Source: a virus
Lineage: Duplodnaviria; Caudoviricetes
Length of the DNA: 54,773 bases
Virus record (IMG/VR): IMGVR_UViG_3300042453_001089
Coordinates: 1-54,773 of that record
Direction: 5' to 3' (one strand)
The notes beneath the pieces were generated by a model. It worked only from the letters and a program-made list of their open reading frames with translations. It was not told the origin of the DNA and did not search any database. The position numbers were made by a program, and so were the translations under genes. Below are positions 44,797 through 53,678 of the stretch, piece after piece. Positions within the stretch are counted from its first letter, which is position 1, and every line of letters starts with the position of its first letter.

Positions 44797-44908
44797 GTGT
44801 CGAGTCCTTTCGAGAAGCTAGGGAAACACCAACCACGATGCCAAGACAAAACGTCAGGGCATTGAGCGAAAATCCGGCGCAGATCAGAGTGAGTTGGGAA
44901 ATGGTCAC
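44738..44908 (-). CDS. Small membrane protein
   Basis: GGAGG SD, GTGA overlap, one hydrophobic helix. Confidence 0.55.
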   Translation of the reverse strand: MTISQLTLICAGFSLNALTFCLGIVVGVSLASRKDSTHDGNEGTKGKDYWHRAGGK

Positions 44909-45096
44909 GACCGCGCCTCCTTGCGTTCGAGTTGTTGTGCGAGCCGCACACACCGAGCCATCAGCAGGCGTATCGTGTCCGCTGACATCTCGAGGAGCAG
45001 CCTGCTGTCGTCGTCGATGTGATCGCGCCACGCCTGGACGGCACACATGTCTGCCACCACGCTCGGTGCCGGAAGTTCGTAGGGCTTGTCGCTCAT
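44905..45096 (-). CDS. Hypothetical protein (63 aa)
   Basis: Coupled overlaps at both ends. Confidence 0.7.
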   Translation of the reverse strand: MSDKPYELPAPSVVADMCAVQAWRDHIDDDSRLLLEMSADTIRLLMARCVRLAQQLERKEARS

Positions 45097-45329
45097 GCGT
45101 CACCGCCTTCCACCACTCGCATGGTGCGCCCACGGCCCGGTTCCATGGCTATCACGCCGGCTCGCACCAGCCGGGAAATGAGCCCCTGGATGTTGTTGAC
45201 GTTGCAGCGGAAGTGCGCCGCCATCTGGCGATACGTCGGCGGGTAACCGTGCGCCGCCACGAATCGAGTGATGTACGCCAGCAGCGAACGCTGCCGGGGG
45301 GTGAGGGTTTTTGTTGCTGTGGTGGTCAT
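45093..45329 (-). CDS. Stand-alone LexA-type DNA-binding domain
   Basis: LTPRQ..LL.YI......GYPPT.R.MA..F; no peptidase domain. Confidence 0.85.
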   Translation of the reverse strand: MTTTATKTLTPRQRSLLAYITRFVAAHGYPPTYRQMAAHFRCNVNNIQGLISRLVRAGVIAMEPGRGRTMRVVEGGDA

Positions 45330-46177
45330 GGCTCGTCCTTGAGTTTGATGGCGTCTGCAAGTCCTGCGGCTTCCCGTGGTCGCCTGTACGGCGCCGGTCG
45401 GTATTCGTCCCGCCACGCCTTCGGTGGCGGCTTCTCGTCTGGACGCACGCCCGGCTGGCGGTTCGTGCCGCCCTTGTCTTGGCAACGGGACAGCCAACGC
45501 ACGAGGAACGAACGCCAGTTACGTCGGCCTGCCCGTGTCGGGTTCGCCCGGAGCCAGGCGGTGGCCTTGGCGAGCTCCTGGTCGATCACGGCACCGGGGT
45601 AGGCGGCGGCCCACTCCTGCCGGTCGGCGTCGGTGATGCCCTGCCACCCTGCGTCAGCAGTCCACGAGACGGCAGGTTTCGCCCGCGAGCGGGACGGCTT
45701 TGCCGGATCGCTCGTGGAAACCGGCGCAGCCGGTATGTCTTTCTTCTCTTCTTCTCTCTTCTCTTCTCCTGTCCTCTCCTCTAGTCCGGTTTTTTCTGGA
45801 CAAATTTCGGACGCACCGCCGGACAAACGCCGGACAGCCCTGTCCGCAGCTTTCCGGCGGGCGTCTTCCATGCGAGCCTTGGCAGCACGGGAAAACCGCT
45901 TTTCCCAGCCCTCAATAGTCGCGTGCGGCCCGTCAAAACGGAGCCAGCCCACGCGAGCCACAGCCAGCCAAAACGCCTCGTCACCACCGCAGGCCGTCGC
46001 AATCCGTGACGCTGTAGCGCGGATCGTGCCGTCTGCGGTGTTCATGGATGCCCACGACCACAACTGGATGAGACGCCAGCAGACCACCTCAACAGGCAGC
46101 CCGGTTTCGTCCACCAGCTCAAGCACCTCGGGCTTCGTGCCCAGGTTGCAGTCAAGGGGAATCCATTCACCGGCCAT
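45326..46177 (-). CDS. Phage replication initiator
   Basis: MAGEWI..PEV..LWSWA N-terminus; EEKREEEKK linker; C-terminal AWL.ANP..F..WL.R. Confidence 0.75.
   Translation of the reverse strand: MAGEWIPLDCNLGTKPEVLELVDETGLPVEVVCWRLIQLWSWASMNTADGTIRATASRIATACGGDEAFWLAVARVGWLRFDGPHATIEGWEKRFSRAAKARMEDARRKAADRAVRRLSGGASEICPEKTGLEERTGEEKREEEKKDIPAAPVSTSDPAKPSRSRAKPAVSWTADAGWQGITDADRQEWAAAYPGAVIDQELAKATAWLRANPTRAGRRNWRSFLVRWLSRCQDKGGTNRQPGVRPDEKPPPKAWRDEYRPAPYRRPREAAGLADAIKLKDEP
45738..45846. other. Putative replication origin within the initiator gene
   Basis: GGAC-core repeats at 45798, 45809, 45821, 45832 plus inverted copies, next to a polypyrimidine tract. Confidence 0.5.
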
Positions 46178-47079
46178 TAAGGCTGCCCGTCCTTTCCGAT
46201 CCAGCCCATGCCGACGTAGTCGCCGTCAACATCTTGCGGCGACGGTGAAATCAGCAGTTCTTTGTTCTTTGGTCGCTTCTTGTCAGTTACAGCGTTCGTG
46301 TATCGAATCTCCAATTCCCGGAATTCTGCCCACGAATAGAGTTCTCGAACCTCTTGGCAGTCATCGTAGGACAGACGCCAATCCGCCTTTGTCTCGCGGA
46401 GCAACGTCGCCAACTCGACGTGCTCTTCGTGGCTCATGTTGTGGGCATACAGCTGCCCGCCTTTCACGTAGTACGGCGGGTCGAGATACACGAGCGAAGA
46501 CGAAGTTGCGTCTGCTATCAAATCGCGGAAGTGCAGGTTTGTGATCCGTACTTCTTGAAATCGCCTGAGCGTTTCTTTTGCGTTGTAAATCGCCTGCTCA
46601 ATTGAAGCAGGCGTCCACCTGCACCCAACCGTGTACGCGCCATCCTGCCTCTTGCCACCAATCGGACCGCCAGCCATTGCGCCAAAGCCGCTCACGCTCA
46701 TTCGGTGCAGGGCAATCTTTCGGAAGGCGTCGCGCGCAATGCAGCCGGTTGACGTACCATCAGCCGACTTCAGTTCATAAAACGCTTCCTTGGTCGGCTG
46801 AAACTCTCGCACGTATTCGACAAGTTTTCGCGTCTCGTGCATGACCGCATGCCATACGGCATACATCGCGTAGTCGATGTCGTTGATCCAGACTGAGATT
46901 GACCGCCGCACGTGCTCGAGCAGTTGAAGGCCGGCGGCACCGGAGCCGAAAAAGGGCTCGACAAACCATGCGTTTTTCGGCGGCTCAAAAACGCTGCCGA
47001 TCATCCAGCCGGGCATGTGTTCGCGGATCATTGGTGTAATCTTCGCCTTTGATCCGGGGTAGCGAATAATTGACGGCAT
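46177..47079 (-). CDS. Dam/D12-class DNA adenine methyltransferase
   Basis: RYPGSK, EPFFGSG, INDI, YLDPPYY, LSYDD. Confidence 0.92.
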   Translation of the reverse strand: MPSIIRYPGSKAKITPMIREHMPGWMIGSVFEPPKNAWFVEPFFGSGAAGLQLLEHVRRSISVWINDIDYAMYAVWHAVMHETRKLVEYVREFQPTKEAFYELKSADGTSTGCIARDAFRKIALHRMSVSGFGAMAGGPIGGKRQDGAYTVGCRWTPASIEQAIYNAKETLRRFQEVRITNLHFRDLIADATSSSLVYLDPPYYVKGGQLYAHNMSHEEHVELATLLRETKADWRLSYDDCQEVRELYSWAEFRELEIRYTNAVTDKKRPKNKELLISPSPQDVDGDYVGMGWIGKDGQP

Positions 47080-47660
47080 CACAGCACCTCGTCGATTGGC
47101 CGAATCTTGAGCAGTTGACGAATAGGAAGCAGGCTCAAATTGCTTATCTCTTTGTTCATCCACTCACCTCGCGGCGAACAAACGGACTTGACTCGCAACA
47201 ACGCAGCACGGCTCACGTAGCCATCGACGCTCACGGTGGGCGTCAATCCGTTCCACGTCGCAAATACAAACCAATCGCACGCTTCAATCGGATCGCGAAC
47301 CAGACGAGTCTGAAACTTCTTGCGCGATGTCTTCACCTGCACGTGCCCTGACGGAAGAGGTAAATCTTTTCCGCCGTCTCCGCGATCACGCATTGCAAGG
47401 TCAACGCCAACGCGAGACAACTTGCACATAGCAATTTCGCCAACCTTCCCAATGACAATTCCAACGTGCGCCTGATCGGCGTCTATGCCGCCGTAAAGCC
47501 GCATTCCCGAAATCAGACCGCCCTTCCATCCTGGCTGTCCGGCGTATGCACGAAGTCGAGAACATCGCTGCGCGAACTCAAAGCACATCGCCACTTCCGA
47601 AGGCGTAATCTCAACGACTACTGGCAGCGGTGGTCTTTTTCCTTGACCTTCCACTTCCAT
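47079..47660 (-). CDS. PD-(D/E)XK-like nuclease
   Basis: GKVGEIA..DGGKD..VQVKT. Confidence 0.6.
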   Translation of the reverse strand: MEVEGQGKRPPLPVVVEITPSEVAMCFEFAQRCSRLRAYAGQPGWKGGLISGMRLYGGIDADQAHVGIVIGKVGEIAMCKLSRVGVDLAMRDRGDGGKDLPLPSGHVQVKTSRKKFQTRLVRDPIEACDWFVFATWNGLTPTVSVDGYVSRAALLRVKSVCSPRGEWMNKEISNLSLLPIRQLLKIRPIDEVL

Positions 47661-48207
47661 GCTCGGCCTCCATTTCCGATAGGAACTCAAGCATCCGCTC
47701 TATGCGGCTGCGGACGTAGATGAACTGCTCTGGCGTAGTAAGCCTGCCGACGAACTTCGTGACGGCGTTTTTCACCGCCGCCGCCATCTCTTCGTGAGGT
47801 GGCTTCTCAAGCTTCTCCACTGGGTCGGCGTGCAAGGCTGCCGCCTGCGCCCTGGTCGTCTCGGGCGTGATCTCGCCAGCCTTGATGCCGGCGATCAGCG
47901 TCTCGTCATCGAGCTTGGCGAGTTCGTAGAGGGTCCCCCACGACTGCGGTAAATCGGAAACAAATTTCCGATCTGAAAGCACTGGATGCACCGCAAGTTC
48001 CATGAGCATCCTGGCACTCCGGTCGCCGAACGGCACCGGCTCACTAACCGCGTTCTCGTGCCCCTTGAACATCCGCAGGAACTCGCCATGCTCGCACGAC
48101 TCTTTCGCGGCGATCAACTGCCGGCCCACGCCTAGGATGCCCTCAATGCTCTTACGCCACTCGGCGTGAATCTTTGGTGCCCAATACTCAGCCTTCGTCT
48201 TTTTCAA
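47611..48207 (-). CDS. DUF3102-like protein
   Basis: VGRQLIAAK...HGEF..F..RSA..LM..LP.SW..LYELA. Confidence 0.7.
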   Translation of the reverse strand: MKKTKAEYWAPKIHAEWRKSIEGILGVGRQLIAAKESCEHGEFLRMFKGHENAVSEPVPFGDRSARMLMELAVHPVLSDRKFVSDLPQSWGTLYELAKLDDETLIAGIKAGEITPETTRAQAAALHADPVEKLEKPPHEEMAAAVKNAVTKFVGRLTTPEQFIYVRSRIERMLEFLSEMEAEHGSGRSRKKTTAASSR

Positions 48208-48872
48208 GTCGCCGCCCTCCACACTGTCGCCCGCTTGTTCGCGCTGGTCATCCGCTTGCCAGCCACCACAATCATGCCAGCGTCGGCAAGTTCTCCGCGT
48301 CGCGGCCGTTGCGACGATGGGTTCATCGCGATCGCACGCTGGCACTCCTCGTCCGTTGCCCCGTGCTCGCCCTGGTCGCGGATGTAGTCAAAGACCTTCC
48401 GCTGCTGGGCGTTCATCGTCTCGACGGTCAGCGATGCACGCGCCTCGGCAGACATTTGCCGTGGCGTATCCATGCCGCAGTTAGCGAAGGCAGACACGAA
48501 GTGCTTCGCGTGATCGTCGTAGGAAAGGTCATCGCCCATGCCGGCCTTCACGTACTGCTTCAGCCGCGTCAGTTGCCGATTGCCACCGACGATGCGAAAC
48601 CACTCGACGGCATCCGGCGACACGGCACCGCCAGCCATGTAGGCATCAACCTCCGCAGCGAACCGGCACGACGTGCCACGCTTTCGGTTCTTGAGTTTCT
48701 GTGCCCCGATCCTGACGAGCACCTGTGGCGGGTACAGGCTCATCGTCATGCCCCTCGCCTCGGACTCGGTGCAAAGCCCTCGAACACTGATAGCCTTGCG
48801 AATCGACTCCAGGCACATGGCAGTGCCGGCTTGCGTGCCGCCAGTGTCGTGCGTGATTGTGCGACTAGGCAT
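48204..48872 (-). CDS. Protein with C-terminal winged HTH
   Basis: GATDEE..MNPSSQRPRRGEL..G.R.T....A.VW. Confidence 0.75.
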   Translation of the reverse strand: MPSRTITHDTGGTQAGTAMCLESIRKAISVRGLCTESEARGMTMSLYPPQVLVRIGAQKLKNRKRGTSCRFAAEVDAYMAGGAVSPDAVEWFRIVGGNRQLTRLKQYVKAGMGDDLSYDDHAKHFVSAFANCGMDTPRQMSAEARASLTVETMNAQQRKVFDYIRDQGEHGATDEECQRAIAMNPSSQRPRRGELADAGMIVVAGKRMTSANKRATVWRAAT

Positions 48873-49902
48873 GAACGAGCCCTCCCAACTTCGCCCGAAG
48901 CTTCGAAACAGTCTCCTCAGATGCCGTCCACAGCGATTCGATCTGCTGCTGCACTTCGTCCAGCTTGGCGAAGTCCAGCCCCATGTCTGACTCCAGCTTG
49001 GACAGTTGCTTGCGGATGTCGTCGCAGCGAAAGCGAATCACAGCAGCCGGGTCCATCGCCTCGCGGCGACCGTTGCGGTAGCCACGCGATGCACTGACAA
49101 GCTCGGCCAGGGTGGCAGCAGCAGACAGCCGCTTCCGCTTCGACTCGTGCAGCACCTTCCGCACGTCAGCGTCGTCGAAGAATCGGCAGAACTGCTTCGC
49201 CAGATCGTCGAACCCAGGGTCGTGATTCCACGCCCACAACTCCCCGAACGATTCGACAAGTTTGGCCGGCGTCTGAAGCCCGATGGCGTTGCAGTGCTGC
49301 TTTGCCAGCAGCGACTTGATGTGCAGGACCAGTCGCTCCCTCCGAACGCCGTGCCCATCCCAGCGACGGAACATCGACGCGATGAACTTCTTGTCTGGCA
49401 TGCCGGCGGTAACGCCGCCATGCTTGGTAATCACCTCACTAGCACAGTACGCATACGCCTCGTCATCCGAGATCGACTTGCCGTTCGTGGCGTTGTCGAA
49501 CAGTGACAGATCCCGAAGGGCATCCACATCGCCCTGGTTCTTCGGCAACGCCCGGAGGCATCGAAGCGTCTTTGCGCCGGCACGCCTCGCAGCCTCAAGC
49601 CGGTGACGCCCTGCGCACGGGCTGGCCTTCGTGTCCCGCTGGTTGCGTGCGGCAAAAGCAGCCACGATCAGCGGCATCGGGAGCAGGTCGCCGTTGAGGT
49701 AGGCATCCTTGTACCGCAGCACGAACTCCTCGTCCGTGCTGCCAGCGTCGAACCGCGTCTGATAGCGGTTGTCGGAAAGGTCGATGTCGCAGACCCGAAC
49801 GTCCTGCTCGTCCCACTCGATACCAAGATCGGTGAGCCGGCGGATCATGTTGTCGTTCTGGGAGAACGAGAGATAACCGTCGTCGTCAATTGCGCTAGCC
49901 AT
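48865..49902 (-). CDS. ParB/Srx-like N-terminal domain protein
   Basis: YQTR, Y...Y..G..LP.P, GRHRLEAARRAG, N..NG. Confidence 0.75.
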   Translation of the reverse strand: MASAIDDDGYLSFSQNDNMIRRLTDLGIEWDEQDVRVCDIDLSDNRYQTRFDAGSTDEEFVLRYKDAYLNGDLLPMPLIVAAFAARNQRDTKASPCAGRHRLEAARRAGAKTLRCLRALPKNQGDVDALRDLSLFDNATNGKSISDDEAYAYCASEVITKHGGVTAGMPDKKFIASMFRRWDGHGVRRERLVLHIKSLLAKQHCNAIGLQTPAKLVESFGELWAWNHDPGFDDLAKQFCRFFDDADVRKVLHESKRKRLSAAATLAELVSASRGYRNGRREAMDPAAVIRFRCDDIRKQLSKLESDMGLDFAKLDEVQQQIESLWTASEETVSKLRAKLGGLVHA

Positions 49903-49947
49903 TGCAGATCCTTTTGTAAAGAGAAATCGAACCTTTCGTGTGTCAGA

Positions 49948-50064
49948 TCACGTCACGCCACCCAGCGAGTCCGCAGCTGCGGCGCTGGTGGCAGAGCCAC
50001 GCACGCTGGGGGCGGGTGTTGAGAACAGCGGGCCGGGCGGTGTGTCGGGCCAGTAGTCGGACAT
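49948..50064 (-). CDS. 38-aa ORF, probable N-terminal remnant of an interrupted wHTH gene (not in the ORF track)
   Basis: GGGAGG SD and TGATG overlap; MSDYWPDTPPGPLFSTPAPSVRGSATSAAAADSLGGVT. Confidence 0.55.
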   Translation of the reverse strand: MSDYWPDTPPGPLFSTPAPSVRGSATSAAAADSLGGVT

Positions 50065-52253
50065 CACAGCCTCCCTATTGGCGGGTACAGCAACTTGATC
50101 TTCTTGGGATCACCCTTGAAGAAAACGAGGATCTTCTGCTCCCGCTTCGGAAACTTCCGGTAGTTCAGCGTTACCTTCGCGTGAGCGAGTCGCGTGAACT
50201 CGCATTCGAGGTAGACGATTTTGTTGTAGATGTGCAGGCCACGGTCGCGGAAAAACAACTCGTGCTCCGCTTCACACCCGTAGTACCCGCCGTGCTTATC
50301 GCGGGAGTCGCCCGTCATCACGACGAAGAATCGGTTGTCGTCCAGCGCGTCGATCGCACGCTGATAACCGGCGAAGAGCATGTCACGAAACTCGCCATAC
50401 GTCGGCAGACTGTTCAATTCGCCGACCGGCGACTTGCCGTCGTAGTCGAGGTACTCCTCAACCTGATAGTAAGGCGGGCATGTAAAGCACAGGTCGAACT
50501 TGCCCTCCGGGGTGTACTGGCTGCTGTCAGACTGAACCCACGTTGCAGATGACAGCTGCGAGCAGATCGCATTGTTGGCGTCGCACTGGTTCTTTCTGAT
50601 CTCGCTGGCGACGTACTCCAGCCCGTAGGAAGCCGTGACAAAGCCGAACTGAACGCCGCCGCCGAACGGGTTGTAGACGCGACTGCCACCACTCGGCATG
50701 AAAAACCGCAGGATCGTCTCGCAGGCCACAGGGTCCAAAACCGATGCGTTGCCGTTGAACGACTTGCCGCGGACTTCCTTGACGGCGTCGCCCTCAATCA
50801 CCCTCTCGGTGAGAACGACATTGGACATCCCGTTGCTGCCCTGCCAGCAGCCGTCACGTGTGGCGTAGGTCGCGTTGGCAACGCCGGCAGCCTGACCGGC
50901 TTCGTTGATCTTCGCGTTCCACTCGCGCTTCATCTTGAGCCAATCCGACCTGGTGGTCGTCCAGGCGTTGGTCATGGTGGCGTGAGCCAGCCGCTTGAGC
51001 CTCGCCTGCGATTCGGTGCCATGCACCATGTAGCAGTAGCCGCTGAGTTCCAGGTACGTCCAGAATCCGCAGCCCTCGAAGACGCTCGGTCGTTCCAGCT
51101 TGTGCTTGGTGCTGCACGTCAGGAACATCGGGTAGCCAAACGTGTTGCGCTGGACGATGGCATCAACCATCATTTGGTACTGGAATTTGTTCTCCATGCC
51201 AGCGACCATCGCGGACTGAAGCAGGCAGAACTCACCGGCCTCGTGATTCACCTGAAATGTGAAGAAACCCGTGAACGCGCCGTCGATCAGCAAGACCATC
51301 GCAGAATGAATCTGCATGTTCTTTCTGGCGGCCCGGTAGGCGACCTTGTCTTCAATCGCAAGTTTCGCAATCGCGTCTTGATACTCCGAACCGAGTACCG
51401 TTTCGACATACACGCACTCCACCGTCTCGCGTGGCAACAGAGTCTTCATCCTTTTTTGCTCCTCGTAGGCACCTTTCACACCGCACTGATCAGGGCACTC
51501 TTCGCAAGTGCCGATGTATGTGGATTGGTTTTCGATGCTGACCCAGGCGCCGCCGCCTAAGTTGCGATGTCGATCGACCAAGATGTCGCCAGCCACGACC
51601 CGCTCGTCAGACGCTGGAATTCGCAGCGGGTTGTCGATGACCAACTCGCCGGCAGTCTCGAACAGGCTTGCCTGTATCGCTGCCATGCGGCGTCCTTCTT
51701 CCGTGTCGCCAAACTTGCAAGACACGATGCGAAGTAGCGACCGCATCCCGAAATCAAGGGACCGCCGCCACTCGCGAAGACGCACGCGAAGTTCCGCCGG
51801 CGTGTCCATCGCGGAAACGGACGTGTTGAGAACCGTGTTCGCGGATGCCATCCGACGCAGGTGATCGTCGGCCGATGCGATCCAATGCTTGGTGACGACG
51901 ACAGGCGTTTTGAGTGTGCCCAGCCACTCGCACACCTCTGTCGTGAGATCCCAATCGTGGCAGGGATCGCCCATGTTTCCGATGCGAAACCACGTTGCCG
52001 GGTGGGCCATCAGCTGCCGCTCAATCACGCGGCGTTCGCTGTCTTCAACCCGCCGACTCACGCTGGTGGGGAAGTCGAAGCCGTACAGTTCCGCAGTCGC
52101 ATTGGCGTAGCAGTGTCCGTAGCATCCGCCATTCGGCCTGGCCTTCATGCCAAGTGTGCAGCCCTTTACGGTGTCCACGTCTAGCACGCCCTTTCGGTTG
52201 CTGGACACTGTCAACTTTGGCTTGTACTTCTCAACAAACAGTCGCCGTACCAT
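50064..52253 (-). CDS. Three-domain protein: radical-SAM-like + GNAT-like + amino-DNA methyltransferase
   Basis: GC..GGCYGHCYA, FRIGNMGDP, CEECPDQC; GFFTF..FCLLQS..FEGCGF; SVLDP..E, NPFGGG, TCPPYY. Confidence 0.8.
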   Translation of the reverse strand: MVRRLFVEKYKPKLTVSSNRKGVLDVDTVKGCTLGMKARPNGGCYGHCYANATAELYGFDFPTSVSRRVEDSERRVIERQLMAHPATWFRIGNMGDPCHDWDLTTEVCEWLGTLKTPVVVTKHWIASADDHLRRMASANTVLNTSVSAMDTPAELRVRLREWRRSLDFGMRSLLRIVSCKFGDTEEGRRMAAIQASLFETAGELVIDNPLRIPASDERVVAGDILVDRHRNLGGGAWVSIENQSTYIGTCEECPDQCGVKGAYEEQKRMKTLLPRETVECVYVETVLGSEYQDAIAKLAIEDKVAYRAARKNMQIHSAMVLLIDGAFTGFFTFQVNHEAGEFCLLQSAMVAGMENKFQYQMMVDAIVQRNTFGYPMFLTCSTKHKLERPSVFEGCGFWTYLELSGYCYMVHGTESQARLKRLAHATMTNAWTTTRSDWLKMKREWNAKINEAGQAAGVANATYATRDGCWQGSNGMSNVVLTERVIEGDAVKEVRGKSFNGNASVLDPVACETILRFFMPSGGSRVYNPFGGGVQFGFVTASYGLEYVASEIRKNQCDANNAICSQLSSATWVQSDSSQYTPEGKFDLCFTCPPYYQVEEYLDYDGKSPVGELNSLPTYGEFRDMLFAGYQRAIDALDDNRFFVVMTGDSRDKHGGYYGCEAEHELFFRDRGLHIYNKIVYLECEFTRLAHAKVTLNYRKFPKREQKILVFFKGDPKKIKLLYPPIGRL

Positions 52254-52272
52254 CACGCATCCTTTCGTGTAT

Positions 52273-52422
52273 TTGCCCCGTGACGTGGGGCATCCGGTCG
52301 AGTCTCAGCGTCAGGAGGACCGGTTTGCGCGTCTCTCGACTGCCGGCGTTGGTCCGCACTGGGCCGGCGATACGGGCGAATGCTGCTGATGAGGCAGCTA
52401 CGGCAATCGCGTGCCGGTGGTG
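52273..52422 (-). ncRNA. Structured RNA leader, allele B
   Basis: Covaries with 845..996. Confidence 0.6.
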
Positions 52423-52424
52423 AT

Positions 52425-52652
52425 CTAGCGGGGTATCCGTTCGTTTTGGTCGAGTTCAAAAATCCGCTGGTTCTCGGCGCGGATCGCCCGTTCGTCTCGC
52501 CGCGTGTTGTGCCACGGCCCAACGTCCACGATCCAAGGCGACGGCAGTTCGTCATCAAGCACTTTGCCGATGTCCGTTTCCACCGTCAGCGGTTCGCTGA
52601 TCCGTTGCCGGTACTGCTCTTCCGTCTCGAAATCGCGTTTGAAATCAGCCAT
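52425..52652 (-). CDS. Hypothetical protein (75 aa), allele B
   Basis: Near-identical to 999..1226. Confidence 0.8.
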   Translation of the reverse strand: MADFKRDFETEEQYRQRISEPLTVETDIGKVLDDELPSPWIVDVGPWHNTRRDERAIRAENQRIFELDQNERIPR

Positions 52653-53538
52653 GGGTAGCCACCTCCTCTGAGCCAATCAGGATTTCCGCCTTGCCGTGCA
52701 GCAGCTTGACCAACTCGTCACGGTCCGCGTCCGTGAACACGCCTTCGGTGTGCCGTGTCGCTATGAGATCCCGCAGCGTGTCGCAGTCCTCGAGCGTCTT
52801 TGCCCGGCTCACGGCCAACCTGGCCTTGGCAACCGGGTCTGTGATCTCAGGCGCCGCCCGCTTGCTCTTGAGCGTCACAACGCTGGCCGGCTCGGTCGTG
52901 ATGTCAGGCGTGTGCGGCTCAAACGACTCGACGTGGTGAACTTCCACGCCGGGTGCCACCTTCTGCGATTTGGTGCCATGTGGACGCACCACAACGGGCT
53001 CGCGGGCCGGTTCAGGCTCGCTGACCTCGTCAGGGTCATAGATCCCGACCGCACCTTCCCAGCCGATGCTCTTGAGCCCGGCCGTGATGGCACGGCTGCG
53101 AAGCATCGCCTTCGGGTGCTTGTTGTAGTTGTCGTTCGACGCCAGCCCGGCCCGCTTCGCGTCCTCAATCGTGAACGTCTCGGTGTGCTGGTCGCCGTTC
53201 GGATGCCGCAGCGTCAGCACGGCCCGCGTCTCAGAGAGTTCCTTGAACTCGGCTCGGCCACCGGCACTCTTGAATCGGGCCAACTGGGAGTCGGCCCGCT
53301 CCGTGACCGTTCCCTTAATGACCTGCAGCTTGCGGCAGGCGGCCATCGTGCCCATGCCCAACTCGCGGCCCATCAGCACAATCGCAGCGAAATCTACGCC
53401 GTTCTTGATGTGAGCCGGCAGGAAGCCTGTGCGGCGAAGTTGGTCGCCCATCGAAACGAGTCCCGCAAACTCCGCAGCGCCCTGGTTGTGTTCTGCCAGT
53501 GCTGTCGGCCTGGTCATAGTGGTGAGTTCAGTGGTCAT
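52645..53538 (-). CDS. recT: RecT-like ssDNA annealing protein, allele B (divergent core)
   Basis: GRELGMG..VIKG, FTIEDAKRAGL..YNKHPKAMLRSRA; C-terminal tail shared with allele A. Confidence 0.75.
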   Translation of the reverse strand: MTTELTTMTRPTALAEHNQGAAEFAGLVSMGDQLRRTGFLPAHIKNGVDFAAIVLMGRELGMGTMAACRKLQVIKGTVTERADSQLARFKSAGGRAEFKELSETRAVLTLRHPNGDQHTETFTIEDAKRAGLASNDNYNKHPKAMLRSRAITAGLKSIGWEGAVGIYDPDEVSEPEPAREPVVVRPHGTKSQKVAPGVEVHHVESFEPHTPDITTEPASVVTLKSKRAAPEITDPVAKARLAVSRAKTLEDCDTLRDLIATRHTEGVFTDADRDELVKLLHGKAEILIGSEEVATHG

Positions 53539-53678
53539 ATTTCCGCGTCCTTTCGAGTGAATCCCTTTTAAAAATCCCGCTCGGCGTCCTGCGTTGCGGG
53601 TCGTTCGTGCGTCCTTGCTGCCCCGGTTCCACCGGGCTCCTTCCGCCAACTAGCTCCGCTGGCCGGCGGTCCTTTGGC
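53539..53678 (-). ncRNA. GGA-rich element, allele B
   Basis: 11 GGA in 140 nt on the minus strand, 0 on plus. Confidence 0.55.

Larger units (their letters stand above)
1..51430. mobile_element. Complete circular(ised) temperate tailed phage genome, HK97-like siphovirus
   Basis: Full terminase-portal-protease-capsid-neck-tail-TMP module, integrase and replication genes; 1..127 is identical to 51431..51557. Confidence 0.93.

Noticed and set aside
51451-51457. AAAAAAG slippery site at the domain junction
   Set aside because: Phase is CAA AAA AGG, not X XXY YYZ, and the frame is already open
52386-52393. Hammerhead ribozyme core CTGATGAG
   Set aside because: On the non-coding strand, changed to GTGATGAG in allele A, and lacks a matching GAAA
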